Part shown: piece by piece, positions 13,842-27,143 of the stretch
How the letters are laid out: every line of letters begins with the position of its first letter
Position numbering within the stretch: position 1 is the stretch's first letter
Assembly (NCBI GenBank): GCA_047967505.1
Contig: CM106538.1
Source: Dipteris shenzhenensis
Lineage: Eukaryota
DNA: 64,000 nt
Direction: 5' to 3' (one strand)
Program-made: the position numbers and the translations under genes
The notes under the pieces: generated by a model
Database searches by the model: none
What the model saw: the letters and a program-made list of their open reading frames with translations, nothing else
What the model was told of the DNA's origin: nothing

Positions 13842-15136
13842 ATTCCATATGACTTGTCATGTGATATCTTCATTTTGTATGTTTACATGTTAATGGAGGG
13901 GATCCTCCATTTTGTTCACGATAATACCCAGGCAGTCATCGACCTCCAATCATCTTGTCATGTATGTTTGTGTGTTTTTGTTTGGCATACAGAGCTACAA
14001 GAAAAATGTTTTATATAGTTTCTCCGGAGGCTCATTTCAAGAAAATAGCACAAAAAAAAGAGTACATAGGTGTAGAGGCTAGGTAGTGGGCAGCTGCAGA
14101 GTCGTTGAGTTTGTGCATATGCATACATGTAATTAATTGAATGTTGACCGATTGGCATTAATATTCCGATGTAACTAATTTACAAATTGTCATTCTCAAA
14201 TGTTACATGATTACAGTCCAATGTTCTGTTACATGCTTAAGCCTAACCTCCAAGTCTTGGTACTCGGCACATAAAGAGTCTCAAGACTGAAGGAGTCTCG
14301 AGACTGAAGCTCTGCTCAGCAGGCATCCATGTTAACATCCTCATCTTCCATGAGTATTCCTTTCAAAACCACATTATTGGTGTCGACCCATTACTGGTTT
14401 AATCTAATTTGTCCTCTGATTCTTATTTAGCTGATTTATAAGGATCCCTTGCAAATCTCTGATACCATTTGCGCTGCCCCTGCTTGTTCCGCCAACTTTT
14501 TCCTCTCGTTCTCAGCCATTGAGCTGTCGAGCTCAATGGCCATTATGATACTTCAGGAACAGATGCATGTGTTTCACAGCAAGGCTTTTCTCCAGTTGGG
14601 AACAGTTGGCGAGAGACCAAGCTCTCTCATATGCAAGGCAGCTTTTCTACTCTTTTGGGGAACTTAGACGTCTATTTTGACCTCCTATGGAGATTGCACT
14701 ACCTTTACATTGGGGATTGGGCCATGTAGAGAGGAGGCTCCACTGGGATCATGGGAAGGACAACGATGTGAGACTACTCCCGGCGAAGACTACCATGGTG
14801 AGCAGTTAGGCTGCTCGAATCCCTCCATCAAGAGGAGGCTAAAAGCAACCCCTTTATGGCTTAAGGCCTTCTTGGAGAGGGATCTAACTTCTATTGACAG
14901 ACTGGGGGAGCATCAACTTGACTCCACTTGGATGGCAGATCAATACAAAGCCTCACATAGAGCTGCATGTGGTTGAGGCCAACGAGTAGACTTCTCATTT
15001 CACTCTCTTGGGCTTGGTGGACATAGTATGAGAAACAAGATGACATGCCAGCTCTTTCATCCACGTGACCCTTTTTAGGGGGGACAAAGCCACAATATTT
15101 GAGAGACAAGGAGCATTAGTGTGAATTGAGGGGAGT

Positions 15137-15139
<3 letters not shown>

Positions 15140-15171
<32 letters not shown>

Positions 15172-15530
15172 CACGCATGCACGCATGTGCATAGCGTGTG
15201 TATATAGTTGACTCACGTGTATGCATACATACACATGCACGTACACAAATATGTATGTAGGGTGCGTTTTTGTAGCGTACGTGCACATGCACGTACGCAT
15301 ATGTAGGTATGTATGTAGTCTGCATATGTAGTTGAATCTCATTCCTGCATGCATGAATGTAGCTGTATCAAATGCTTGTATGCATGAATGTAGTGTACGT
15401 GTGCGTGCACGCGCATGCACGCACGCACATGTAGGTATGTATGTAGTTGCACGCGCACGTACGCACATGTAGGTATGTATGTAGTTGAATCTCATGCCTG
15501 CATGCATGAATGTAGCTGTATCAATCTGTG
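15140..15530. repeat. (CA)n microsatellite followed by an alternating purine-pyrimidine low-complexity tract with an internal duplication
   Basis: cacaca..., tgcacgcatgcacg, tacgcacatgtaggtatgtatgtag repeated; the unit gttgaatctcat.cctgcatgcatgaatgtagctgtatcaa is present twice. Confidence 0.85.
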
Positions 15531-17640
15531 TTATCAATGTCCTACTCCTCTCAAGTGCGATAGAGTGCTAAGTACAATTATGAGAGCATGTTCTACGTTC
15601 CTTGGTTCTACATTCCCAAGGATCAGGCTAGGCCACCGTCTCACTATGGCAAACCGATGTACTTGGTGGCTCCCACAATAGTATACTCTTGGACCTAAAG
15701 GTGACAAACTAGTGTTGGCCTCTCTTATTTCTTTGATGCACCATGCGTTGGACTTAGTGAGACCTCTGCAAAGGTGTCTTTGAATCATCAAGGAATCATT
15801 CCTGTATGAAGGGAGCCCCATGGCCATTTGTAAGTCTTCCCATTACTCAAGGTGTTTCTAAGGACACCATGCAATAATAAGAGCTTCTACGGCGTAACGA
15901 TAGAGTGATGCCCCATATAATAAGCTTGTTGAGAAGGCATTTACTCAATGTTTGTGGATGGATGAAACCCAATTGTCCTCAAACTAGAGGAAATCACCAT
16001 CTACCAAGCCACCCAAGTCAATTGACCTTGCGAAAGAGAGTTATGGGTTAATCGTAGAATATATTCTATGCATCCTTTGTCGAAGCACCACGATGATGCA
16101 ATGTATCATACTATAGCCAACAAGACCTTGCTCACTACCAAGGCTTTACCAGCAAGAGAGTGCTTGCTTGTGGTCCAATACAAAAGTTTATGATGAAGAT
16201 TGTCTATGGCTGGCACCACCTGCTACTTAGTGGAAACATCAATTACAACTTGGCATTCAAGGTACTGTACTATCTAACCTCTAGGGATTCAATAAATATC
16301 CAAGGTCTCTCTCTCGCTCTCTCCAGATGAGCAACTCTCTATCTTTGTGAAAAAGGTCTCACTAAGTGAGAGAGCTCTCTACTGTTGTGAAGGTTTCCCT
16401 AGGTGAGCAGAGCTCTCTACCTTTGTAAAGGTCTCCCTTAGGTGTGAAGAAGGTCTCCCAAGTGAAAGAGCTCTCTACCTTTGTGAATGACTTATGCCAG
16501 TTGGTCCATGCATCGGAGGCTGAACCAACCAAGAGGAATTTCACCGTCTCTAGGAAGCTAACTAACTTATGCTACTTGGTTCATGCATCCAAGGCTCGAA
16601 GGTGATGGACCAAGAGGAAACCCTTCCACAAAGAATACGTATCATCTGTAAACTAGGAATTCAATAGCTCATTGGAGGTTGCATCCCAACCGACCTTGCT
16701 CCTCGTGACCTTAAAAAATATCCTACAAACACTTCTACAATAAGGAGTAAGAAGATAAACTGATCAAGGTAGAGAATAGGCCACCAGTGCGTGGCCTCCA
16801 ATGAGCAAATAGCTCAAGTTGCTTGCATAAGATTTGAGATGTACCTGATCTAGCAGGCTAGGAATCCAGGTCTCCTCATAATACCCTCTAGGAGAGTCCA
16901 ATCTACTTTGTCATAGTTTCCTTAAAATTTTGGAGGATTGTGAGAGGACAAGACTCCTATCATACCCACTCAATGGCCTCCATTGTCTAGGATGCTAAAC
17001 AACACCTAGTTGTTTGTGAAGTTTGGAAGAAGGGAACTCATACAAGTCAAGAACTTGGCCAAGATCCTGAAGGCTATATAAAAAATGGTGGTTAGTTTCC
17101 ATTACACGATATCATCTATATTTCCTCTCTTTGGGGATGAGATAGATCCCTCCACCCCAAGAGAGAGGGGGAAATTATACTTCAATCAAAGATCCCATGG
17201 AAAACATGGTGAAGTGGAATCGACAGCAAAATTCCCAAATTGTCAAAAGAAGGCATGAGAGAGTTCGTCCCCTCTAGACACTTCTTCCTTGGTAAGCTCT
17301 TTACGGCAAAGCATCTTCGTATTAATGAACTTTACCTCCAAGTGGCCCATCATCCTGGGGATACCACCAAAGAGCTTGGGCCAAAGTCCTTTCTTGACCC
17401 ACCTAGACCTAATGAAAAGGGGCCTCTGCCTAAAGCAACTAATTGTAGAAAGAGGTGGTTAGAGTGAGGATCTCCATGGGCTAGACCAATTGCTTTGAAT
17501 GATTGTCCGAGGGTTACATTTATTTTGGTGCCCCTATTGGGTAAAGTCGTGTGGCTTGAGTTGGTCATACATACATACATACATCCATATTATGTGTGTG
17601 TGTGTGTACTTGCCCGTGTGTGTGTCTGTGTGTGTGTGTG

Positions 17641-17701
<61 letters not shown>

Positions 17702-18559
17702 AAACATCTACAAAAGACCAAAGGATGAAAGCTAAGGGTGAGGCCACTAAACAAGAACCCCTACCCAAGGTTGATGTATGTGATAAGATATTAAAAAAAA
17801 AACAAGAAAACAAAAACCAAGGAGAATCCCCTAGCCGTCTGTGGATGGACATGTGTATGATATCTTTGGGACCAACACCATCGGACGATTGAGGAGAGAC
17901 AAGAGAAGCTCGTTTGACAGTGGCTCGGGATCAAGTGAGAGCCGCTGTTGAGGAAGAAAGTCAGTGATAGGTCTAGGTCCATCCCTCCTCCTCTGTAGTC
18001 CCCGTGATGTGATCGGCTATGTGACAAGTGCTATCATCACTCCAGTGGTCATGTCTAAGAGAGAGGATATGTCTACCCACATTGAAGACATAGGATATGC
18101 TTGTAGTCCTTATGTGTGTGTCCATCTGAGGTAGGGTGTGTCGAGTTGTGGCCTTTAGCTCTCTACTGTGTTTGGTCCCCTATTAGCCCTGGTTCGGTTC
18201 CTTGGGAAAATTATGTGATTGTGTTGTGAGTGGGCTCAGCCAATTCCTCGTGTTCTCTCCTTTATGCTTGTATAAGCTGGTCTTTGTGTCTCTAGGCCTC
18301 ACAAAGGAAAATAGCCACACGTGCTGATTTTGATATGCCAGCACTAACTAATCTAGTGGGGCCAAAATCAGTACTAAAAAGACAATGGTTTCATCCATGA
18401 ATCTCATTGTTGGGCTAGGGGGTAGAGTTCTAGAGAGAACACCAAAATAGAAGAAGAGAGAAGGAGAATAACGAAGGACTCTCTCTCATCAAGTAAGCAG
18501 GTTCTCTCTAGGGAATGGATGGGTGGATTTGAGTAGTAGAGCCCTCCTCTTCTTGGGTA

Positions 18560-20028
18560 GATGTAATATTCTAAGAGGCCTGTATGTTTGAGGATCTGAG
18601 AAATTTGGTGAAAAAATAAAGACCTTGGAGTACAACCCTAAAGAGGATCAAGTAAAAGTTCTTACTGGAAAAATAATTTGCATTCTTTAAATAGAAAGAA
18701 AAAAAGAGAAAAAATGATTCAGTCATTTCTTGCTTGTTAATAAGCTATTTGACTTTATTTCATTTGAAAAAGTTTTTGAAAAATTTAGAATTGATAAATC
18801 ATTTATAACATCTAACATTGGATGTGGTTCAAATACCCATCTACCTTTTACCAACCCTTAGGTACTTTTTGTAATTCTATATATTTTACTAACCCTTGTA
18901 TTTCTGCCACTTCTGATAGATTTAGAGCCGTTATGAAAGAGTTTGAGACCTTGGGTAAGCACGTTTTGACTACTAATCCCCATAGTTGTAGACACCAAAT
19001 GTTACAAGACTTTATGAAAAAGAGACTTAACCATATCCCTTTGGTTTCAATTAACCCTTACTATGGTAAAGACATTAATTATAGGATGGGATATGTTATG
19101 TACTTGGATGTGTATTAATACATCCCTTGAACACATGCTAACTACTAAAAACATGTTCTTAGCAAATTTAGGTCTCTCTTTCCTAACGATAGATTTAATC
19201 AGACACCTTGGTGCCAAACCCTAAAATCATGGATGAAGTTAGCTATTCGACTAGCCATTTGCTTATTTGCGGCCTTAATAAGTCAGCACAAACTCCTACC
19301 TTTATTTGCAACCAATTTATGGGACTTATTGCATGACAAAGGTTAAATTCATTGAAATTCGTGCAATTTGAGATAGTAGAGAAAGAGATTATTGTATCAG
19401 TGGTTTGTCTTATGAGATCTTACCACCCGCTAGCTCTACTTTCCCATATATTATGGGTACCTATAAGGTACATAAAAATACCTTTAGATGGGTTTGTAAA
19501 ATTCCTTTCCTTTATAACACTCTATTGGGTTGTTATTGTGGGTTCAAGAAGGTCAAGAAACAAAAAAAGCTTTGAAGACTTTATCAATATTAGCTTGTTT
19601 ATTTTAGAAACTTGCTTTACCAAATTAGTGGAGGAGGTGTTTGTTTAAACTAAGGGGATCCAGATGGGGTACCCATGTTCACCACTATGGTGTAACCTTT
19701 ATCTTGCTTAGTTTCAACAAGAATATATCAGGAAATTATCTAGTTGGAAAAAATGGGATATGCTAAAACATTTTCAATTATCACCTCGTTTTATGAATTA
19801 TCTGGTATCTATTAACAATGATTTTGCGTTTAAGTGCTTTAACCATAACAAGTCTTTGGATCCCCATGATCTATTAAGTATATATCCACTGGATATTATT
19901 ACTATTAAGCCCACTTTAAACACTAATTCTGTCACTTATTTAAACACTTCCATTTCACTCACAAGGCCCTTTATTGGGGATTATGAAACCCATACAGCTT
20001 GAAAAGACATCAATTGCCATGCCCCAAT
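18560..20028 (+). pseudogene. Degraded reverse transcriptase remnant, Penelope-like element type
   Basis: Fragments translate to FPYIMGTYKVHKNTFRW (~19440), KGIQMGYPCSPLWCNLYL (~19652-19705), RFMNYLVSINN (decayed R-F/Y-x-D-D, ~19787) and IYPLDIITIKPT...VTYLNTSI. This spacing is typical of Penelope-like RTs. Multiple stops and frameshifts; cut off by the TIR at 20029. Confidence 0.65.
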
Positions 20029-21630
20029 CATTACAGAAATTTTGGACTAAAAAAGGGGCCCTATAAGAGAGCCCTTGGGCTGGTGACATGGAAGGATAAG
20101 GTGAATAAAATTGAGTAAAATACTAGATAGTGGAGGAAAATAGAATATTGGAAATGGCTTGACTTTTCTATTTCTTTATTCAAAGGCCCAAAGTTTGATG
20201 TAGGCCTCCCACTTACTGCCTCCACTCTCTGATCACGTTTTTGAATAGTAACGAAACTGAAAAACCTAGTTTCTCAACCAAACTTGCACCATTTGTCCTA
20301 AATTAAATCCTCCCATCCAACTACCACACTCCTCTCATTCTCTCATTCATCTTCCCTCTCCCTCATTTCTGAGCTCCATTTTGCTCCAACCCTAATTTCA
20401 AATCCGTTCCTTTCTTTTAACTGAGAAGCTTCTCTCTCTGTTCTCCTTATCATGGGACGGAATCTCACGCCCAAATCTCGTCATTTCCCTTCACTTGCAT
20501 TTCCCTTCCATTTCACTCTCATTCTTTCAGAACTTTCAAGAATTTTAAACGAGATTCACTCTACCTTCTTCTTGCTCTTTCCTGGGTGCTTTTTATTCAA
20601 ATCCCATCACTTCTTCTCTGATCTAAGATTCTGTTGCGATCTCAAATCATTTTCGTGAAGAAACTCGAGGCAATCAATGTTCTAGATGAACCATGACTGA
20701 TGCAAGGTGTTTCGAGCTTAGAAGGAGCTATTGGACGAGATTCTTTGAGAAAGGTTGAAATCAGGCATTAGACTTGGCTATGCATGAAAATCAATCTTTC
20801 TTTTGTCCATATCTCAACATTGGTATGTAAGGGGACATGATTTCAAAGAGCTTGTGAAGTTTTGAAATTTATCCAAATAGCTTTCAAGGAGGTTGAGGTG
20901 AGATATCATTTGGAACAATGCAAGATGGTGGAAATGATGCAACTTTGAAGAAACAATTAGTTTATACTTCGTTTTGTGTAGTTGTGTTGTCTTCTTTTAC
21001 TGCATTATTTGAAAATGTTGAAATATTTGTTTATTTTGAAAGAAATTTCATGAAAAGTGAGCTTATTGAGGCTTTCTTACAAGAAAGAGCAGTCACCACA
21101 CTCTTATTGTGCATAATTTTTTCCAAAAGACTGTTTGAAATAGATTTCAAGATGTTATGCAGAATATAATTTATTTTGGAGCAATGAAGGACTGCAAGTA
21201 CCAGTATCCTCCAACTATCCCCCTCATGATGGGTGTCCAGCCTGAAGTTCTCCAGGCACCATGCTCGCAAAGTCACACACACACATTCTACTCTTAATCC
21301 CCCTTCCCTTTAATTCCTTAATTATGGCCCTTCTCTACTTCACACCCTACCTCTACCCTCACTAATTCCACCCATCATTATCCTTCCCCTCTCTCATTTT
21401 TCTCTCTTCTTATCCACCTCTTCCCCTCCTTTCCTCTCTGTCCTCCTCTCTTTCTATCCTCCCCTCTGCCTCCATTCATCCCTCCCCCCTTCCCCCCTTT
21501 TCTCTTCTTTCTTCTCTCTCTGTCTTTCTTCTCCTCCCCCTCTTTTTATCCCCTCCCCTTTTTTTGTCCCCTGTCTCTAAACCCCCCCCACCCCCTCTAT
21601 TTTTCTCTCTCCCTCTATTTATTGTCTTTT

Positions 21631-21680
<50 letters not shown>

Positions 21681-24600
21681 TGTGGATGGTCAACATGGTT
21701 ACTCCATATAGTAAGCCTTTGTATTATGTACCCATGACTTGGATATTATAATGAGATAGTTTATCTCATGGTAGAAGGCAGAGGCAACGTTCAACTGTCT
21801 AAGTCTCCAAAATCATTGGTGACACTTTTGCTTCATAGCCAATGTATTCATGTGTGCAATAGGTCGCCACCACTGGTGTGTAGAACTAGAGAACCCTCTC
21901 ACCATATCTATGAGCAGGTAGGTAGTGGAAAGCTACGTAGCTCATGCTACTGTAGGAGGAGACTAGGAGCCATTAAATTATATTTTGATGTTATACCTAG
22001 TGGGGTTCATAGTGAAACGACCAAGCTTATGTGCTAAAGTAGCTTACCTTTGTTTACTGAGCTCGTGAGCTTCAGCCTCCTAGAATGCAAGAGGGGTCAT
22101 TGAGAATCATGTACTTTTCATTCAGAAGTTTTTGATTTATCTTACATTTGGTAGTTCAACAATGTGTGTAGTATTCAGATGTGATTTGTGTTGTTTATTT
22201 ATGATTTTTGAAGTCAAGTGTGCCTCTAAATTTGCTAAATGCAAGTCAATTTATGTATTGTTTGTGTGATATCTTTATATGTGATATTACTTTTGTTCTC
22301 TATCACTTTACAATGTATTAGTTTTCTTCAAAAGATTGTTTGAAATAGATTTTGAGATGTTTGGGAGAATATAAATTTTTTTGGAGTAAGATCCATGAAC
22401 TTCAGCCTTCTGGAATACAAGAGGGACCATTGATAATTTGATACTATTCATTCAGAAGTTTTTGATTTATTTACATTTGATACTTTAACAATGTTTGTAA
22501 TATTTAGATGCGGTTTGTGTTTGTAAATATTTATTATTTACGAAGTTGTGTGTCTTTACATTTGCTAAATGCAAGTCAATTTATTTATTGTTTGTGTGAT
22601 ATCTTTGTATGTGATATTAGTTTTGTTTTCTATCACTTTACATTGTATATGTGTTGATGTTATTGATATTATTTTTTAAAGCATGTTTGATATAGTTAGT
22701 TTTAAATTTTGATTTATTTTACATGCAATAGTTTAACAAAGTATGTGATCTTTAATTGTATTATGTGTTTTAGTTGTATCATGTTTGTGTATTTAATTGT
22801 ATTATGTTCTGTGTAATTTACTAAGTCAGTGTCTTACTATTTTTTCTAAGGCAAGGTCATTTTATTTATTATTTACATGATCTGTGTATGCGGTATTAGT
22901 TTTGTGTGTTGAATGTATATGTTGAATATATATTAGTTTTTTAGTGTCTTACTATGCTTTTCTAAGGCAAGGTCATTTTATTTATTATTTACATGATCTG
23001 TGTATGTGGTATTAGTTTTGTGTGTTGAATAAATATGTTGTTTGCTGATGTCATTATTATATTATGTTAGGTGTAAAGTGTATGAAACCATGGAGGCCCT
23101 CAAGAAAAAGAAAAAGGTGGACATCCATTTTTAAGTTGATGCAGAAAGTGCACCATTTCTAAAGAGGATGAATCCTCCTTGGCAAGTGAAAGTAATTTGG
23201 TAGCTCTTTGAAATCAATGAAAAACACATATGGATTTGTGGTTAGATGAGAATATATATCCAGTAGATCCACAAACTTGTAAGGCCCCTCCATTCCATGG
23301 GTTGACTAGTTTAATAAATTTTCTATAAAGGTTGAGTAAGGTTGATTACTCATGGAGCAAGGAGCCTTCATACCTACTATGAATCTTTGCTTAATGAAAG
23401 AGACAAAAGGATTGCAATGTTAGAGTCTTGGAATCAACATTTGGTATTATCTATGCAAGCTACAACCATTTAGATGGCTGCAAAAGAAAAATGGTATGAT
23501 GGCAAAGAGAATAAAAATCAGGAAGTACAGGAAAAGGTTCAAAAATTAGACGCTTAGTTGGGAAAGCACACTTTAAATGTAATTCACTTACAAATGCAAA
23601 ACACCTCTCTTAAAGATGAGATCAAGAAATTGGGAAAAAAAAATAGCATTCATGAAGGAGACTCCTATGGGTCCAAGACTTCGTAAGAGGAAATTGCATC
23701 CAATGGATGAAATATCCACAAAAAGTGGTAATTGGAAGCGGAGTTTGTAGGACTATTTCAGAACTTATGTCTATCCATGATGAACACTTCAGTGCCATGG
23801 ATGAAGTGTTTACAAAAAAGGTGTTGGAGTTTGCTATACATCATCCCAAATTCAAAAGTCTAAAATCAGAGAGAACATTTGAGTCAATGAGCAAAGTCTA
23901 AAATCAGAGATAACATTTGAGTCAGTGAGCAAAGTTGTGGAGCAATTCAATGCAACTAGAGTCTATGATACCTCAATGTCGATAAGGCAAGGCAAGCTCT
24001 CAATTTGGGCGTACTTGATTTAGTTGAAGAGCCTCGATGTGTATGTAGTACGTTAACTATGAAAGGAAAGGCTGGAGAGTCCAAAGAACTAGAACTCACA
24101 GTCAACAACAACTTTGTGTTGGATGTTTGAAGAGTTTTACAGGCGATGGTGAAGTTATATGATATGCATGTGGACGAATGCAATGGTCAATGAAAGATCG
24201 TATTGAAGCTTGATGAAAGTGAGCTTGTCAAAGATAAAAATTTAGAAAGAGCTAGTTTGATATTGATGAATGGAATACTAGAACTTCAAGTTGAGCTTAA
24301 TAATGCAAAGCAGTTCAACGTGCAATCGAAACAGGAGATTTGGTGGCTAGCTGCATTTGAGGTACCGTGGAAATTTGAATTTTGATTTGGTAATGCAAAA
24401 TGCTTACAATATTTTGTAATAGAATGTGAGTTGCTTTTGCAGGTGCCAAAGGAGCCACATTCAATTTTGAAGTGGTTCTTGTCCAAACCGATATCCCAGT
24501 GTGTTCAAAGGTCATAACAATCATGAGCTGCTTGAAGTTGAGGGCTATGGATCCTATAGTGTAGGATGGCATCTAGCTGCTGATCTCAAGACTATTAATG

Positions 24601-25100
24601 TATGTTTAATATGGCACATGGAGCAATGGGCTTGTGAGCTTGCAGAGATTGATCAGACTAAGGCACCGAATCGTGATGTTCCAGGGAAAGATCCATCATG
24701 GAGCCCGATTCTTGAAATTTCTCTTGAGAGAGTACACTATTGTTCCCTTCATACTATTGTCAGAATAATTGAAAAGTTGGTGTATCTCTATATCATAGAT
24801 GCATGTAATTTAGAGGATGATTACAAGAATTGAAAAGGTGCTTTAAGATATGGGACTACACTTTGGGCAAGTCAAGATTACAAAAGATGAGAAAAGACAT
24901 GCAATGTTCCTTGTAAGCCACGTTTTGGAGGGCTAAGGCTTTAAAATTTCTTTCTTCAAAGAAAAAGAATGATAGGCTCAAACGTGCTCATGAGTTTGAT
25001 GTATGGCGAAAGTTACATAGTGCCTATTATGAACGAGGGGGAAGAGGAAAAGAAGTTTGGAAAAAGCACAAGTTTGGTTAGCTCTTGATAGCTTGGTACC
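20029..25100 (+). mobile_element. Truncated CATTA-ended DNA transposon (copy A) related to 27156-32865
   Basis: Starts CATTACAGAAATTTTGGACTAAAAAAGGGGCCCT, followed by a CT-rich tract (21300-21680) and a degraded transposase. This is the same layout as the element at 27156-32865. No right end found. Confidence 0.7.
23090..25095 (+). pseudogene. Degraded RAG1-core/Transib-like transposase (copy A)
   Basis: HMDLWLDENIYPVDPQTCKAPPFH; VLKLDESELVKDKNLERASLILMN; QEIWWLAAFE|intron 24362-24442|VPKEPHSILKW; GYGSYSVGWHLAADLKT; APNRD..KDPSWSPILEISLERVHYCSLHTIVRIIEKL. All blocks are colinear with copy B. It stops before the C-terminal HxxxxH/E region. Confidence 0.8.
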
Positions 25101-26359
25101 TTTGCTATAAAAACACACCTTTTCATCAATGTTGTGAATGACTTTAGCTGTGCCAATTCTATGTTTTTGGAGTCTATGTTGAAAATAATATTTTTAAAAA
25201 TTAGGATTTTGGGCCCTATATAAAGCAAAGGAATTATAATAAAGAAAGAAAAATGTGAGTTGTTGGATGTTAATTATAAGTTTTTAGTTGAAGGTTGCCC
25301 CAAGTTTGTGTTCTGGGAGTTTATGTCAAAAACAAGTATTTTTAAAAATTAGGGTTTTGGACCCTACATAAAGGAATTGGCGCTCATTTTCATTTCATTT
25401 TTTAAAGAGCTCTCACACTCCCACAATCCCATACTTCCACACTCCCACACTGCCACGCTCCCACACACCCTCCCAGTTCCCCCTAATCCCCCATCCTGCA
25501 ACTTCAATTTAAATTACATGCAATTGAAAAAAAGGAAATAATAACAAAAAATAATAATTACTTTGTAGTCTATATCTTTGTCATTGCAATCTTTAATTTC
25601 CTTACATGCAATATGAAAAAAGAAAATATTATTTTGCCTTTGTCTTTGCAACTTCAATTTAAATTACATGCAATTCAAAAAAAGGAAATAATAACAGAAA
25701 ATAATATTTTGCCTTTGTCTTGGCAACCTCAATTTAAATTACATGCAATTCAAAGAAAGGAAGTAATAAAAAATAAAGAAATCAATTGAAAGTTGTAGTC
25801 TTTATTGATTCGGAGTACGTTTAAAAGGATCAACCCTTTAGGGAACATTTCGCTCTAGCCTACGCTTCTTTTTGCTAGGTTCCGCACCCTCTTTGACTTG
25901 CCTAAGAAGAGAGGGTTGAATGATTTCATTCTCAATTACTTGGGGATCAGTGACACTAGCTAGCCGTTCAATGGCCATGATGCTATGGAGGGGGCTAGAT
26001 TGTGTGTCTGAGAACAAAAATAGAGCAATGCTATGCTTTATCAAAACTACATGATCTGTAGAGTGACCGATAAGCTTCATCTTCACCATCCGACTAAGGA
26101 CCTTGAACTTTGTAATGTTTAATTTTCCATTTGGTGATAATTGCCAATGGAAGACCAAAATATGTTGAGCCACTTTGTCAATATAGTGAGCAATTGAAGC
26201 CATCCCTCCCCTGGAAGATCCTCTGGTTCCACCCTTGCACATAGCATACTCATCGATCCACAAAATATCATGGAATGAACATATTACGTCAACACCCTAG
26301 ACCTTGATTTGTGATTATAATAACATATTTATGGTGATGAATTAAAAAAAAAATCAATT

Positions 26360-26546
26360 TAGGATTTGAAGCAAACAATTTTACTTTTGATTTTCCTTGC
26401 ACCCATGTGCTCCAATGGTAGAGACAATGCATAGGGATCTTCCAGGAACATTTTGGGGCTGAAAATTCACCCTGTGCATTATCTCTGCCATTGGAGCACA
26501 TGGGTGAAAGTAAAATAAAAAATAAAATTGTTTGCTTCAAACCCTA
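26360..26546. repeat. Fold-back inverted repeat (arms ~75 bp)
   Basis: tttgaagcaaacaatttt...cacccatgtgctccaatggtagagacaatgca pairs with tgcattatctctgccattggagcacatgggtg...aaaattgtttgcttcaaa. Confidence 0.8.
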
Positions 26547-26795
26547 AAATTTTTGATAGGAATACTTTCTTCTAGTTTTGGGGTATAAAAACTCACAATA
26601 TTCTTCAGATGTGTTGAATGATGACATGGATATTAAAAAAAGAGATTTTTTGGTGTTTGGATGCTGAACCAGAAACCCTAGTTTGATTCCCTAAACCCTA
26701 AACCATGGTTTAATCTAGAACAATGATTCTTTTGCATAATTTTTATCAATGTTGCACAAAATTCTTAAACATTGATGTATTCTATATGGTGGAAG

Positions 26796-27143
26796 AATAT
26801 TTTGGTGGAAAACTGGAAGATAAGATTCCAACCTAAAAATTTAGGGTTCCAAGTGAACAATGTCTTTTTGGATTTTCCTTGCACCCAAGTACTCCAATGG
26901 CAACACTAGTGCATAGGGTTAATGTCCAGCCCCAGAAAATACCTACAAGAATGAAAAGTAGGCCCTAGTCACATGATGTCAGATTTCATGCTTCCAGGGT
27001 TTTTTGATGATGGAAATTAACTCTATGCACTAGCATTGCCATTGGAGCACCTGGGTTCAAGGAAAATCCAAAAAGACATTGTTTACTTGGAACCCTAAAT
27101 TTTTAGGTTGGAATCTTATCTTCCACTTTTCCACCAAAATATT
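26796..27143. repeat. Fold-back inverted repeat (arms ~127 bp: 26796-26922 and 27017-27143)
   Basis: aatattttggtggaaaactggaagataagattccaacctaaaaatttagggttccaag... is the near-perfect reverse complement of ...cttggaaccctaaatttttaggttggaatcttatcttccacttttccaccaaaatatt. Confidence 0.9.

Noticed and set aside
14600-18400. Degraded LTR retrotransposon body
   Set aside because: It looks repeat-derived, but I could not read a convincing diagnostic motif or boundaries.
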